Made by a program: the position numbers and the translations under genes | Shown here: one piece after another, positions 9,377 to 20,000 of the stretch | How positions within the stretch are numbered: the stretch's first letter is position 1 | Layout: each line of letters begins with the position of its first letter | Assembly: GCA_041590075.1 (NCBI GenBank) | Contig: JBFHUL010000002.1 | Coordinates: forward strand, 11,964-75,963 | From: Oleiphilaceae bacterium | GTDB taxonomy: Bacteria; Pseudomonadota; Gammaproteobacteria; Pseudomonadales; Oleiphilaceae | Direction: 5' to 3' | Length of the DNA stretch: 64,000 nt | The notes under the pieces: model-generated | Seen by the model: only the letters and a program-made list of their open reading frames with translations | Databases searched by the model: none | What the model was told of the DNA's origin: nothing

Positions 9377-11299
9377 CTAGCCTCCATCACTAAACAGATT
9401 ACTCGCCAGGCGGTAACGCTCGCCATCAAACTGATACCAAAGTACCAACATCCGACCATCCGCCGCGAGCGCTTGCAACAAAGGGCTCTCATTCGAGGCA
9501 CTAAAGGATTCAATGTTTCGATTAGAGGGGCGCTGCCACCCGCTTCCTTCTTGATAACGGTTGGCCTGCAAATTCGTTAATGCCGTCCCTTCAAGCCAGA
9601 CTGCCATTGCATTGCCTTCCCGATCAAACTCTACCAGCGGACGCTGTAGGCTACTCCCGGTCAGACCAGACAAACTCTCTGCCTCAGCCCAAGAGCTCGC
9701 AAGGGTAAAATTACGTACCAGCACTTCCATATTGCCGCCGATACGCTGAACCCACACGACGGCTGCCTGACCATCAACACCCACTGCTATATTTGGCGCT
9801 TCAGCGGAACCACGATCATCACGTTCCATCAGTGACGGCGTCTGCCACCCGCTACCCCCATAAGAGGAAACCCACAAGTTATTTCGCACGCCATCGTGCT
9901 GTAACCAAACGAGAAAACCGAAACCATCATCATTGATTTCCAAACGCAGCGCCGAAGCACTGCCGGTTGCAGCGGGATTAATCACCTGGGCATTTTGCCA
10001 ACCGGATTGTCTGCGCCACTCACGCGCGACGAGGTGATTGCGCCCTGAAATAGCCTGTAACCACACCACCGTAAATTGGCCATTAGCGATTTTTTCTACG
10101 CTGGGCGAAGTGCCATCAACGACATAAGAAGAACTTACCAGCTCAGGCTCTACCAGCCATGTACCGGGAGTCAATACACCATCAGTAATCGTGCCAGCCA
10201 GCACATTGGCCTTTACACGCTGATAACTGGCAACTACCTGATTCGCCCCATCACGCTCTTCATAGGCCTGTTCCCAGACCACAAACACATGACCACTATC
10301 ATCAATTTGCACGCTTGGCGCAGACGCCATGAGGGTATCAGTCACGCCACTGATCTGTTGTGGCCCCAACCATTCCTGACCATCAAACAGATTTGCCCAA
10401 ACCGCAGGCGCTTCACCTGCTGAAGGCGCTTCGGTCCATGCAGCTATGGCATGGCCATGGGCATTCATGGCAATAGCGTGCTCCAACACGCCCTGCCCCG
10501 CATCACTGCTGATGAGCTCCGCAGTATTTGTACTGGCCTGATCCGCCGGAGCTGGTAATACCCAGCGCTCTTCGTTTGGCAAGTAGCGACTCGACATAAG
10601 TCGTGAAATACCACTGCGATAGCGTCGGAAAATGGCCATGACATCACCATCCAGATTAGCGGCCAGGGCGGAATCATAAAATTCATCGTCGCTCGCGGCG
10701 CCATCAGCACTCACCACATCGATGTAATTTGCACTGCGCCATTCACCATCCTCAACGCTGAATGATAAAACAAACTCAGCTGTCATGAAGTTACCGGTGG
10801 TGTCGAGGCCTGTAACAGGATGGGTCGTTTTTGCGGGAGAGAGATCTTTGATCGTCTCACTCAGCACAAAGCTATACGAGGTATTAAGCGCAAATCGTCC
10901 GGCCGCATGTTGGAGGGTAACGACGGTTGAGTCGATTTCGAAGTCTTCACCCGTCACCGGGTCCTGACCAATATTCAGGCTGGTGGATAAACTCGCCTGC
11001 CAATCGCGGAGATCAAAGAAATCTCCCTGTACTTCATCCGGCAGCCCTTGATAAAGCTGAATCGCGTTTAACAGCGAAGTGGCATCGACTTCCTCATTAA
11101 ATTCAAGCTCAACCGCCTCATCGGGTTCCAGCAGGATATCGGCTTCAGATGGATAGGCACTGTCTACACGGGGTGGGGTTGTGTCCACGGGAGGGGGGGA
11201 CACTTCCCGACTGCCCTCGCTGTTTTCGAAACTGCTGCAACCCTGCACCAATACGGCAATAAGCCCGCAGATGTATAAAGCCCGGCGATGCGACGACAT
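9377..11299 (-). CDS. Probable lipoprotein with an N-terminal Ig-like domain and about eight internal repeats (beta-propeller-like), function unknown
   Basis: Signal peptide plus lipobox-like LVQGC. An SbsA-Ig-like segment (TTPPRVDSAYPSEADILLEPDEAVELEFNEEVD). Then eight units of about 45 aa with the pattern G-x-x-h-h-h-W-x-Q/E ... G/S-W. Confidence 0.7.
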   Translation of the reverse strand: MSSHRRALYICGLIAVLVQGCSSFENSEGSREVSPPPVDTTPPRVDSAYPSEADILLEPDEAVELEFNEEVDATSLLNAIQLYQGLPDEVQGDFFDLRDWQASLSTSLNIGQDPVTGEDFEIDSTVVTLQHAAGRFALNTSYSFVLSETIKDLSPAKTTHPVTGLDTTGNFMTAEFVLSFSVEDGEWRSANYIDVVSADGAASDDEFYDSALAANLDGDVMAIFRRYRSGISRLMSSRYLPNEERWVLPAPADQASTNTAELISSDAGQGVLEHAIAMNAHGHAIAAWTEAPSAGEAPAVWANLFDGQEWLGPQQISGVTDTLMASAPSVQIDDSGHVFVVWEQAYEERDGANQVVASYQRVKANVLAGTITDGVLTPGTWLVEPELVSSSYVVDGTSPSVEKIANGQFTVVWLQAISGRNHLVAREWRRQSGWQNAQVINPAATGSASALRLEINDDGFGFLVWLQHDGVRNNLWVSSYGGSGWQTPSLMERDDRGSAEAPNIAVGVDGQAAVVWVQRIGGNMEVLVRNFTLASSWAEAESLSGLTGSSLQRPLVEFDREGNAMAVWLEGTALTNLQANRYQEGSGWQRPSNRNIESFSASNESPLLQALAADGRMLVLWYQFDGERYRLASNLFSDGG

Positions 11300-11466
11300 T
11301 AAAACTCCATGTAACGAGGAAGTAAGGGAAAATAGCTCAACGAGTTATAACATAGGTTTCTAACACTGCTCTATTGCGATTCGCGAAAGTTGTGCGACAG
11401 GTAACAGCTTGATTGGATTAATTTTTAGCGGGAAGGAAGAATGGAATCATTTCGGCAGCGGTAGCA

Positions 11467-11496
11467 CAAAAAAAGCCGCCCTAGGGCGGCTTTTTC
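11467..11496 (-). terminator. Rho-independent terminator downstream of fba
   Basis: A8 - GCCGCCC-TA-GGGCGGC - T5. On the minus strand the hairpin is followed by a U-run, 12 nt after the fba stop. Confidence 0.75.
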
Positions 11497-11508
11497 TGGT
11501 CGGCGAGA

Positions 11509-12558
11509 CTAAAGCTCACCACACTGATAACGCTCGTACATGCGCTCAAGATTGATGGGTTTGATCTTGTCGGCATTACCGGCAGTACCAAAGGACTCAT
11601 AGCGCGCCACAACGATATCTTTCATCGCACTCACAGTTTCCTTGAGGTATTTACGCGGATCGAATTCCGAGGGGTTTTGGGCCATAAATCGGCGCACTGC
11701 ACCCGTAGACGCCAAACGTAAATCAGTATCGATATTGACCTTGCGCACCCCATGCTTGATGCCTTCGCAAATCTGCTCCACCGGTACACCATAGGTTTCG
11801 GGAATTTCTCCACCATACTCGTTAATCACCGCCAGCCATTCCTGAGGTACCGAGGAAGAACCATGCATCACCAAATGCGTGTTCGGGATTTTCGCGTGAA
11901 TCGCCTTGATGCGATCAATGGCCAGAATATCGCCTGTAGGTGGGCGTGTGAACTTATAGGCGCCATGACTTGTACCGCAAGCGATTGCCAAGGCATCAAC
12001 GCCAGTTTTCGCAACAAAGTCTTCCGCTTCATCAGGGTCTGTTAACATTTGCTCGTGGCTCAGAGTACCCTCGGCGCCAATGCCGTCCTCTTCACCGGCC
12101 TGCCCGGTTTCGAGAGACCCCAAACACCCCAGCTCGCCCTCGACAGACACACCGCAGGCATGTGCCATCTCAACGGTGCGCCGCGTCACATCCACATTGT
12201 AGTCGTAAGAGGTAGGCGTTTTACCGTCTTCACCCAAGGAGCCATCCATCATCACCGATGAGAACCCCAACTGAATGGAGCGCTGACAAACCGCGGGCGA
12301 CGTACCATGATCCTGATGCATTACCACGGGAATATGAGGAAATTCTTCGATCGCAGCAAGAATAAGGTGCCGCAGAAACGGTGCACCCGCGTATTTTCGC
12401 GCGCCAGCGGAAGCCTGAACTATCACGGGACTATTGGTCTGGTCCGCACCCTCCATGATGGCTCGCATTTGCTCCAGGTTGTTCACATTAAACGCCGGAA
12501 CACCATAACCATGCTCAGCAGCATGATCCAAAAGTTGTCGCAGACTAATCAGAGCCAT
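11509..12558 (-). CDS. fba: Class II fructose-1,6-bisphosphate aldolase
   Basis: 349 aa. Begins [27 protein letters not shown], with DHG and HGSS metal-binding motifs. Last gene of the tkt-epd-pgk-fba cluster. Confidence 0.95.
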   Translation of the reverse strand: MALISLRQLLDHAAEHGYGVPAFNVNNLEQMRAIMEGADQTNSPVIVQASAGARKYAGAPFLRHLILAAIEEFPHIPVVMHQDHGTSPAVCQRSIQLGFSSVMMDGSLGEDGKTPTSYDYNVDVTRRTVEMAHACGVSVEGELGCLGSLETGQAGEEDGIGAEGTLSHEQMLTDPDEAEDFVAKTGVDALAIACGTSHGAYKFTRPPTGDILAIDRIKAIHAKIPNTHLVMHGSSSVPQEWLAVINEYGGEIPETYGVPVEQICEGIKHGVRKVNIDTDLRLASTGAVRRFMAQNPSEFDPRKYLKETVSAMKDIVVARYESFGTAGNADKIKPINLERMYERYQCGEL

Positions 12559-12646
12559 GTCGTTCTCCTATCTTCGGGCGATGTGCTCGCCACTCTATTA
12601 AAATCACCGTTCGAACAACGATATATCGCTACCCAAACCATAAAAC

Positions 12647-13810
12647 TTATTCTGCGCCGCGGGCTTCAAGCATCGCGACCGCAGGCAGGGTCTTTCCCTC
12701 CACAAATTCAAGGAAGGCGCCGCCACCTGTTGAGATATATGAAACCTTATCAGCAATACCGTATTTATCTACCGCCGCGAGCGTATCACCACCACCGGCA
12801 ATGGAAAATCCGGTGCTGGCAGCAATTGCTTCCGACACCGCTTTCGTACCCGCACCAAACTGATCAAACTCGAACACGCCAACCGGTCCATTCCAAATGA
12901 TCGTACCCGCCTGCTTCAGTACCGCGGCAAGCTGCTCGGCGCTCTGTGGGCCAATATCGAAAATCATATCGTCTTCGGCCACTTCATCGGCATGTTTTAT
13001 CGTCGCTTCAGCATCTTCAGAGAAAGCTTTTCCCACCACCACATCAACAGGCAAAGGCACTTCTGTCTGTTCAGCCAGCTTCGTGGCCTCCGGGATCAAA
13101 TCGTGCTCGCACAGGGATTTCCCCACCGGCTTGCCGGCCGCAGCAAGAAAGGTATTGGCGATTCCGCCGCCCACAATCAGCTGATCAACCACTTTAGACA
13201 ACGACTCAAGCACGGTAAGCTTGGTAGATACTTTGGAACCACCTACGATAGCAACCAAAGGCCGGGCAGGATTATCAAGGGCCTTCGCCAGTGCCTCCAG
13301 CTCCGCAGCCAACAGAGGGCCCGCACAGGCGACCGGTGCGTATTTTCCCACGCCATGGGTAGACGCTTGCGCACGATGCGCCGTTCCGAACGCATCCATC
13401 ACAAACACATCACACAGCGCTGCATAGTCTTGTGACAAGGCTTCGTCGTCTTTTTTCTCGCCTTTGTTGAAACGAACATTTTCGAATAACACGACTTCGC
13501 CTTCCTGCAACTCGCCGGGCGCGCGCCAATTGTCGAGCACACGCACGGTCTGACCAAGCAGCTCCGACAAGTGCGCCGCCACCGGTTTAAGGGAGAACTC
13601 TTCGGTGTATTCGCCTTCAGTCGGACGACCAAGATGCGACATCAGCATCACCTTGGCACCCGCATCGATAGCCAGCCGTATGGTCGGCAGTGCCGCCCTG
13701 ATACGTGCGTCACTGGTGACTTTACCATCCTTCACCGGCACGTTGAGATCTTCACGAATCAGTACGCGCTTGCCCCGCAGATCGAGATCGGCCATTTTAA
13801 TAATGCTCAT
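12647..13810 (-). CDS. pgk: Phosphoglycerate kinase
   Basis: 387 aa with [17 protein letters not shown] and GGGDT.AA motifs. Confidence 0.95.
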   Translation of the reverse strand: MSIIKMADLDLRGKRVLIREDLNVPVKDGKVTSDARIRAALPTIRLAIDAGAKVMLMSHLGRPTEGEYTEEFSLKPVAAHLSELLGQTVRVLDNWRAPGELQEGEVVLFENVRFNKGEKKDDEALSQDYAALCDVFVMDAFGTAHRAQASTHGVGKYAPVACAGPLLAAELEALAKALDNPARPLVAIVGGSKVSTKLTVLESLSKVVDQLIVGGGIANTFLAAAGKPVGKSLCEHDLIPEATKLAEQTEVPLPVDVVVGKAFSEDAEATIKHADEVAEDDMIFDIGPQSAEQLAAVLKQAGTIIWNGPVGVFEFDQFGAGTKAVSEAIAASTGFSIAGGGDTLAAVDKYGIADKVSYISTGGGAFLEFVEGKTLPAVAMLEARGAE

Positions 13811-13876
13811 GCATCTTCCTCTTACTGTAAATCGTTCGAGACGAAGTTCTTGTGTCTCGATGTCGCTGATTGAGTA

Positions 13877-14893
13877 TTAACGCTGCCAGTATCTGGCAAC
13901 ATCCAACATTCGATTTGCAAACGCCCATTCGTTGTCGAACCAGGTGAGCACTTTGGCAAGCCGAGCGTTCACGACGCGCGTCTGACTGCCATCAATAATC
14001 CCGGAATGGGCATCATGATTAAAATCACTCGATGCGAGTGGTTCTTCGGTGTAAGCGAGCACGCCGTTGTAATCTGAACTACTCGCCCGTTGCATTACCC
14101 GATTCAGAGATGTCACATCCGCTGCTCGTTGCAGAGAAACGGTGAGGTCGATCGCCGAGACATTCACGGTAGGCACGCGCATTGCGACCGCTTCAAAGCG
14201 ATTAGCCATATGTGGCAACAAGCGCTCAACCCCTCGGGCCAGCGCGGTATCTACCGGCACCATGTTTTGCATCGCGCTGCGAGTGCGGCGCAAATCGTGA
14301 TGATGATAGGCATCGATCGTTGGTTGATCGTTCATCGCCGAATGAATGGTTGTGAGCGTACCGGCTTCGATACCAAATTCGTCGTCGATACTTTTGATCA
14401 CGGGCACAATGGCATTCGTCGTACACGAGGCATTGGAAACAATACGATGTGCGGCCGACAAAGACTGATGATTAACCCCGTATACCACCGTAAGATCTAC
14501 GTCGGCATCGGCGGGCTGTGAGAACAGCACCCGGTGCGCACCGGCACGTAAATGCGCTTCGGCGTCGGCGCGACGACCAAATACTCCGGTACATTCGAAG
14601 ACCATATCCACATCGAGCTCCTTCCATGGCAGCCCATTTATATTGTCGCGCTGCAACACACGAATCGTATCGCCCATCACACGCAGGGATTTACCATCAG
14701 GGTCGACCTGAACGTCTCCCGAAAATCGCCCATGTGTGGTGTCGTAACGGGTGAGATAGGCAATGGTATCGATGTCCGACAGCTCATTGATCGCCACCAC
14801 TTCGAGCGCGTCACGGTAACCGTTTTCGTACAATGCACGCAGTATGCACTGGCCGATCCGACCATACCCGTTGATGGCAATACGTTTGCTCAT
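13877..14893 (-). CDS. epd: Erythrose-4-phosphate dehydrogenase (GAPDH family)
   Basis: INGYGRIGQ Rossmann motif and SNASCTTN active site. Close overall resemblance to E. coli Epd (AINEL...YDT.HGRF, DAYH.DLRRTR), and it sits between tkt and pgk. Confidence 0.85.
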   Translation of the reverse strand: MSKRIAINGYGRIGQCILRALYENGYRDALEVVAINELSDIDTIAYLTRYDTTHGRFSGDVQVDPDGKSLRVMGDTIRVLQRDNINGLPWKELDVDMVFECTGVFGRRADAEAHLRAGAHRVLFSQPADADVDLTVVYGVNHQSLSAAHRIVSNASCTTNAIVPVIKSIDDEFGIEAGTLTTIHSAMNDQPTIDAYHHHDLRRTRSAMQNMVPVDTALARGVERLLPHMANRFEAVAMRVPTVNVSAIDLTVSLQRAADVTSLNRVMQRASSSDYNGVLAYTEEPLASSDFNHDAHSGIIDGSQTRVVNARLAKVLTWFDNEWAFANRMLDVARYWQR

Positions 14894-14906
14894 CGCGGCG
14901 TACTGA

Positions 14907-16907
14907 TCACTCTTCCAGCAGCTCTTGTGCTACCGTTAATACATTTTCGAGCGTAAACCCAAACTCCTCGAACAGTTGCCCTGCGGGAGCCGACTCACCA
15001 AAGGATTCCATTCCGATAATGCGGCCGTCCAGGCCCACGTATTTGTACCAGAAATCAGCGATGCCAGCTTCGATGGCGATACGCGCCCCCACTTCTACCG
15101 GCAATACCTTCTGTCGGTACTCGGCGGGTTGGCGATCGAACACATCGGTTGAGGGCATGGAGACCACGCGAACTTTGCGACCCTGATCACGCAGATTAAC
15201 CGCCGCCTGTTGCGCCAAACCAACTTCTGAACCGGTCGCGATCAGAATCAATTCCGGCTCACCGTCGCAATCACTGAGAATGTAAGCCCCTTTTGCCGCA
15301 TCCGCGATTTGTTCAGCGCTACGCGCTTGATGCGGCAACCCCTGACGCGAAAAGATCAGCGAGCTGGGCCCGTCAGTACGTTCGATCGCGGCTTTCCAGG
15401 CAATTGCCGATTCAACGGTGTCGCAGGGGCGCCATACATCCATATTTGGGGTGTGACGCAAGTTGGATAACTGTTCAACCGGCTGGTGGGTCGGGCCGTC
15501 TTCGCCGAGGCCGATCGAATCATGAGTAAAAACGTATATCGCACGCTGCTTCATTAAGGCAGACATACGCACGGCATTGCGTGCATACTCCATGAAAATC
15601 AGGAATGTTGCGCCATAAGGTACAAACCCGCCATGCAAGGCAATACCATTCATAATGGCGGCCATACCAAACTCACGCACGCCATAGTGCAGATAATTGC
15701 CACTTGCATCTTCATTGGTGATTGCCTGAGAACCGCTCCAGATCGTCAGGTTAGAGCCCGCGAGGTCGGCCGAACCACCCAGGAGTTCAGGTAGCAGCGG
15801 CCCGTAAGCGTTTAAGGTATTCTGTGACGCTTTACGGCTCGCTACGTCTTCGCCGCCCTCCTGACACGCTGCAATATAGGCATCTGCTTTAGCAAGGAAG
15901 TCTGCTGGTAATTCACCGCTCAGGCGGCGTTTGAGCTCTGCAGCTTTGGCGGGCTCTGCCTGTTCGTAGGCAGCAAGGGCGGCGTTCCAGTTCTGCTCGG
16001 CGCTGGCGCCTTTTTCATGAGCATTCCAACCGGCATACACATCATCAGGTACTTCGAACGCCCCGTGTGTCCAACCCAGTTCTTTTCGGGTCGCTGCGAT
16101 TTCCTCGTCGCCCAGAGGCGCACCGTGGCACTCCTCTTTGCCTGCTTTATTGGGAGAACCGAAACCGATCACCGTTTTACAGCAGATCAGCGTAGGTTGA
16201 TTTGTATTGGCGCGGGCAGCTTCAATGGCCGCTTTGATGGCATCGCTGTCGTGGCCATCTACGGCAGGGATCACCTGCCAACCGTAGGCTTCGAAGCGCT
16301 TGGGCGTATCATCGGTAAACCAGCCATCAACCTCGCCATCAATCGATATGCCATTGTCGTCATAGAACACCACGAGCTTGCCCAGTCCCAGCGTACCGGC
16401 CAGTGAACATACCTCATGGGAAATTCCTTCCATCAGGCAGCCGTCACCGGTGAACGCGTAGGTATAGTGATCGATAATCTGATGCGCGCCGGTGTTGAAC
16501 TGCGCAGCCAATGTTTTCTCGGCGATCGCCATCCCAACCGCATTGGCAATACCCTGCCCGAGCGGACCGGTCGTCGTTTCAACGCCCGGCGTGTAACCGT
16601 ATTCAGGATGGCCGGGGGTGCGCGAGTGAAGCTGACGAAAGTTTTTAAGATCATCAATGCCCAAATCGTAGCCACTCAGATGCAACAAGGAGTACACCAA
16701 CATAGAGCCATGGCCATTAGACATCACGAACCGGTCGCGGTTGGGCCAATCAGGATTTTGGGGGTTATGGGAGAGGTAATCGTTCCACAGCACCTCGGCG
16801 ATATCAGCCATGCCCATAGGGGCGCCGGGGTGACCGGACTTGGCTTTTTGGACGGCATCCATACTCAATGCACGGATGGCGTTAGCGAGTTCTCGACGAG
16901 ATGGCAT
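14907..16907 (-). CDS. tkt: Transketolase
   Basis: 666 aa with [12 protein letters not shown] (TPP-binding) and [15 protein letters not shown] motifs. Confidence 0.95.
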   Translation of the reverse strand: MPSRRELANAIRALSMDAVQKAKSGHPGAPMGMADIAEVLWNDYLSHNPQNPDWPNRDRFVMSNGHGSMLVYSLLHLSGYDLGIDDLKNFRQLHSRTPGHPEYGYTPGVETTTGPLGQGIANAVGMAIAEKTLAAQFNTGAHQIIDHYTYAFTGDGCLMEGISHEVCSLAGTLGLGKLVVFYDDNGISIDGEVDGWFTDDTPKRFEAYGWQVIPAVDGHDSDAIKAAIEAARANTNQPTLICCKTVIGFGSPNKAGKEECHGAPLGDEEIAATRKELGWTHGAFEVPDDVYAGWNAHEKGASAEQNWNAALAAYEQAEPAKAAELKRRLSGELPADFLAKADAYIAACQEGGEDVASRKASQNTLNAYGPLLPELLGGSADLAGSNLTIWSGSQAITNEDASGNYLHYGVREFGMAAIMNGIALHGGFVPYGATFLIFMEYARNAVRMSALMKQRAIYVFTHDSIGLGEDGPTHQPVEQLSNLRHTPNMDVWRPCDTVESAIAWKAAIERTDGPSSLIFSRQGLPHQARSAEQIADAAKGAYILSDCDGEPELILIATGSEVGLAQQAAVNLRDQGRKVRVVSMPSTDVFDRQPAEYRQKVLPVEVGARIAIEAGIADFWYKYVGLDGRIIGMESFGESAPAGQLFEEFGFTLENVLTVAQELLEE

Positions 16908-17053
16908 TCAGGTTTCTCCCAGGCAGGTCTGTAAAAAGCGCCGTATTTTCGCTTATATCCTGCCCGGTCGCAACCAAGAAGGGCTGTAGTACAGCCCTAA
17001 ATAACCCTCAGTGGCGTAGACGCCAGCAAAGCCTCTCATGATGCACCGGATTT

Positions 17054-20000
17054 TTACCCGGGCACGGTATGCACAGTACTTTGTGCGAGATCCAAAAGTT
17101 CCCGCAGCGCAACCGCATACATAGCAAACTCGGCATCTTCTGTCGCTTTGAATTCGGTTAAAGTCTGGCGCCAGCGCTGAATTAGATCCGCATGCTGCTC
17201 CAACCACAGGTCGATGCGCTTATCAATGTCCTTCGGTGCATTCTGAAGATTGAGCAAACCCACAGTAATTGCACGCTGCTGCCAATCCAGGTCTTCACGA
17301 AAGGCTTCGCGAGCCAACGCCTGCCAATGTGTCAGCGGGGTCAAGGTATTGATTTGCTGACCAAACCAAGTCAAATCCAAACGCGACCCCAGTGCATAGT
17401 AAACCTTCGCTACCCTGTCGAGCGCTTCACCGGAACTTTCCTGCGCTTCAATAATACCCAGAGCAGCATAGAGGTGACTGGCGCCGGCGATCGTCGCCGC
17501 AATGGCCTCCGGTACACCCTCCGTCACCAGTCCATCGTACTTCTTCTGCCAGGCTTCTTTGGTCGCACCATCAAGATAGTCAGGTAAGGCCTTGCCAATC
17601 TGCGCGATACCCTTGGCAAATTTTTCCATGTTTCCGGCCACATTCAATTCAGACCGGCGATTGCGAATCAACCAACGACTGGCGCGACGCATCAGACTCA
17701 TCAATTCCGCCATCATGCTCATTTGCAATTCGCTGGGCACTTTGTGATCGAGCGCCTCAATCGACTCCCACCAATATTCAAGCTGGAATACGTCGCGCGC
17801 GATAATGTAGGCCAAAGCGATCGCCGGCACTGTCGCCCCGGTCGATTGTCGCAAACGCTCCACGAAGGTAATGCCCATGTGGTTAACCATGTCGTTGGCC
17901 AGCTGAGTGGCGATAATTTCGGGGCGCAGCCGGTGTGAGTGCAACTCTTTCTTATACTTCTTCACAATCTGCGCCGGAAAGACCACTTCCACCTCATCAG
18001 CCAAACTGGGGTCTTCAGTGAGCTCAGGGATATCCAGAGTCTCTTTGAGATCGCCTTTCACATAGGAAATCAGCACCGATAACTCGGGACGTGTAAGGCC
18101 CTCACCGAGGGATTTACGCTCCGTAATCTGTTCATCATCCGGGATAAATTCCAGCTTGCGATTAAGTTTTCCCGATTGCTCCATGGCATTAATGAGACGG
18201 CGATACTCTTCCATGCGCGACAGCGCATCCCGGTGGGCGATACTGATCGCCTGTGTTTGGCGATAATTGTTCTTGAGCACCAGATCTGCTACCGAGTCGG
18301 TCATATCGGCCAATAACTTGTTACGCTGTTTTTCGGTAATATCGCCATTGGTCAGCACTTCATTGAGCAGAATTTTGATATTCACCTCGTGGTCGGAACA
18401 ATCAACGCCTGCCGCGTTGTCGATAAAGTCGGTATTCAACCGACCACCAGCCCGCCCGTATTCAATGCGTCCAAGTTGCGTCATGCCGAGGTTGCCGCCC
18501 TCGCCCACTACTTTCGCACGCAACTCCTTACCATCAATGCGCAATACGTCGTTAGCCTTGTCACCGACATCAGCATGCGTTTCCGAGCTTGCTTTCACGT
18601 AGGTGCCAATCCCTCCGATCCATAGCAAATCGGCTTCTGCCTTGAGAATGTGATGGATCAATTGGTTCGGCGGCATTTTGTCTTCACTCACACCCAACCA
18701 ACGCTTAACTTCAGGCGTTAGGGTCACCGACTTCGCCGAGCGTTCGAAGATCCCACCTCCTTTTGACATTAATTTCTGGTTGTAATCGGTCCAGCTGGAA
18801 CGCGGTAATTCGAACAAGCGCTTACGCTCTGCGAAGCTCTTGGCGGGATCTGGATCCGGGTCGAGAAAAATATGCATGTGATTAAAGGCTGCCACCAACT
18901 TGGTGTGAGGCGACAACAACATGCCGTTGCCAAAAACGTCACCGGCCATATCGCCGATGCCAATGGCCGTAAAGGGCTCGCTCTGTATATCAACACCCAT
19001 TTCGCGAAAATGCCGCTGCACCGACACCCACGCACCTCGCGCGGTGATACCCATCTTTTTGTGATCGTAACCCTGACTGCCTCCCGAGGCGAAGGCATCC
19101 CCCAGCCAGTGCCCTTTCTTGAGAGAAATTTCGTTAGCGATATCCGAGAATGTCGCGGTGCCTTTGTCAGCGGCGACCACCAGGTAATAGTCATCTTCGT
19201 CATGACGCACCACCTGCTTGGGCGGCACTACCTTACCTTCGAGAAGATTATCGGTTACATCCAGCAAGCCGGTAATAAAGGTTTTGTAGCACGCAATCCC
19301 CTCTTTGATGAACGCATCGCGATCATTGGCGGGCGCCATTTTTGATACAAAACCGCCTTTGGCGCCAACCGGCACTATCACAGCGTTCTTCACCTGCTGC
19401 GCCTTCACCAGCCCCAGCACTTCGGTGCGATAGTCCTCAAACCGGTCCGACCAACGCAAGCCTCCGCGGGCCACTTTGCCGCCGCGCAGGTGTACACCTT
19501 CCACACGAGGCGAGTACACGAAAATTTCGAACATGGGCACCGGCAGCGGCACGTTGGGTATGGTGCGCGGCAATAACTTAAAGGAGATATAGTTTTTCTC
19601 CTGTCCGCTATCATCCAGTTGATAAAAATTGGTCCGCACCGTTGCCTTGATCAGGTCCAGATACAAGCGAAGAATCTTATCCTCTGTAAGATTCTGAACA
19701 TTATCCAAGGCTTGATTGAACGCCTGCTCTTGCGCTTCCAGCAGTTTGTCGGATTTACTCTTGGACTTGTTCAGCGCGGGATCGAAACGCGTCGCAAACA
19801 TCTCAACAAGCTGCAGCGCAATGTCGACGTGGTTCACGATGGTATTTGAAATAAACTCCTGCGAATTGCTAACACGAATCTGCCGCATATATCGCGAGTA
19901 AGCCCGCAGCACTGCAATTTCCCGCCAACTCATATAGGCCGCGACGAGCAAACGGTTAAAGGAATCGTTCTCGGCATCCCCTTCCCAGACTTTGCGGAAC

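Noticed and set aside
16980-16998. AGGGCTG-TAGTA-CAGCCCT hairpin downstream of gdhB as a terminator.
   Set aside because: The stem is clear but the following U-tract on the gdhB strand (UCUUGGUU) is weak. Support is not strong enough to list it as a feature.
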